From: Candidatus Latescibacterota bacterium
GTDB lineage: Bacteria > Latescibacterota > CBDEFO01
Direction of reading: 5' to 3'
NCBI GenBank assembly: GCA_965237525.1
Contig: CBDEFO010000008.1
Location: forward strand, 1,440,001 to 1,504,000
Length of the DNA: 64,000 bases
The notes under the pieces are model-generated. The model saw only the letters and a list, made by a program, of their open reading frames with translations, was not told the origin of the DNA and did no database searches. The position numbers and the translations under genes are program-made. This document shows positions 63,471 through 64,000 of this stretch, piece after piece; the first letter of the stretch is position 1; each line of letters opens with the position of its first letter.

Positions 63471-64000
63471 CGGCTGATCTGGAAAGCTACGAGGACCAGT
63501 CCAGACTGGAGGGTCATTTGCGATCTTTACCTCTGAGGGTATAAAATGTTCTACCCGCAAGCTGAACTGGACTGACCCCAATCGCATTCACCATCCAAAG
63601 CCCAACAGCTCCCGATCCATCTGGGTTCTGGGCCAGAAAGGATCGCCTGTGAAATACGTTACGTTCGAGGGTGTACAGCACGGTCTTCGCAACGCCCGGA
63701 ACATCAAGCGCGCCCTCGATAGTGAACTCTACATCCAGAAATCTTAAAGAGGATATAGACAAAAGGTTAAAGGTAAAAAAGATGGTGGATAAGGTAAGGG
63801 CGATTTGTTTAATATAGATTGGTCTGTGAAAGTAGATACGTCAACTGGGGATGGGATCATGCACTTCTTCAAGAAGATCTGACACAGTAGCATCGATTTC
63901 AAAAGTGGGCCCCATCAGGCTACCTGAATCTGACAACTGTGGAACCTACCTACATTACTCAGAATTCACAGGGCTCTGTGACTCGTTTTTTGGTTGCTGG

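Overview
Bacterial chromosomal window, probably an FCB-superphylum lineage such as Latescibacterota. That placement is an inference from dockerin-like/EF-hand C-terminal modules, T9SS-type C-terminal tails and DUF6785-like membrane proteins. The first ~25 kb is mostly housekeeping: carB 3' end, a TPR lipoprotein, ribD-ribE-ribBA-ribH-nusB-pgeF, secA, a class III aminotransferase, a sigma-70 factor, bioD, an mgtE pseudogene, a YceI protein and a ROK kinase. The rest is a heavily rearranged accessory region. It holds five full and one partial copy of a 1519-bp IS1182-like element, a second IS with a 6-bp target duplication, and a REP-associated tyrosine transposase with several palindrome families. 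It also holds NHL and FG-GAP surface proteins, tandem aldo-keto reductases, thiG-thiE, a putative dual-OB + 2x DUF488 operon, an S9 peptidase with scattered fragments and three diverged tandem membrane-protein paralogs. Four structures stand out that the ORF track does not show. (1) A decayed integron, with attC-bounded cassettes at ~26 kb and ~49-52 kb, a duplicated attI-like region and a 19-codon IntI C-terminal stub oriented the same way as the cassettes. (2) Fossil T9SS C-terminal sorting tails behind three surface-protein genes, two of which now end in a dockerin-like module. (3) A RibBA whose DHBP-synthase motifs are degenerate. (4) IS insertions that sit on TAAGGAG Shine-Dalgarno sites and provide an outward-reading ORF start. 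All family assignments are by eye from motifs; no searches were run.
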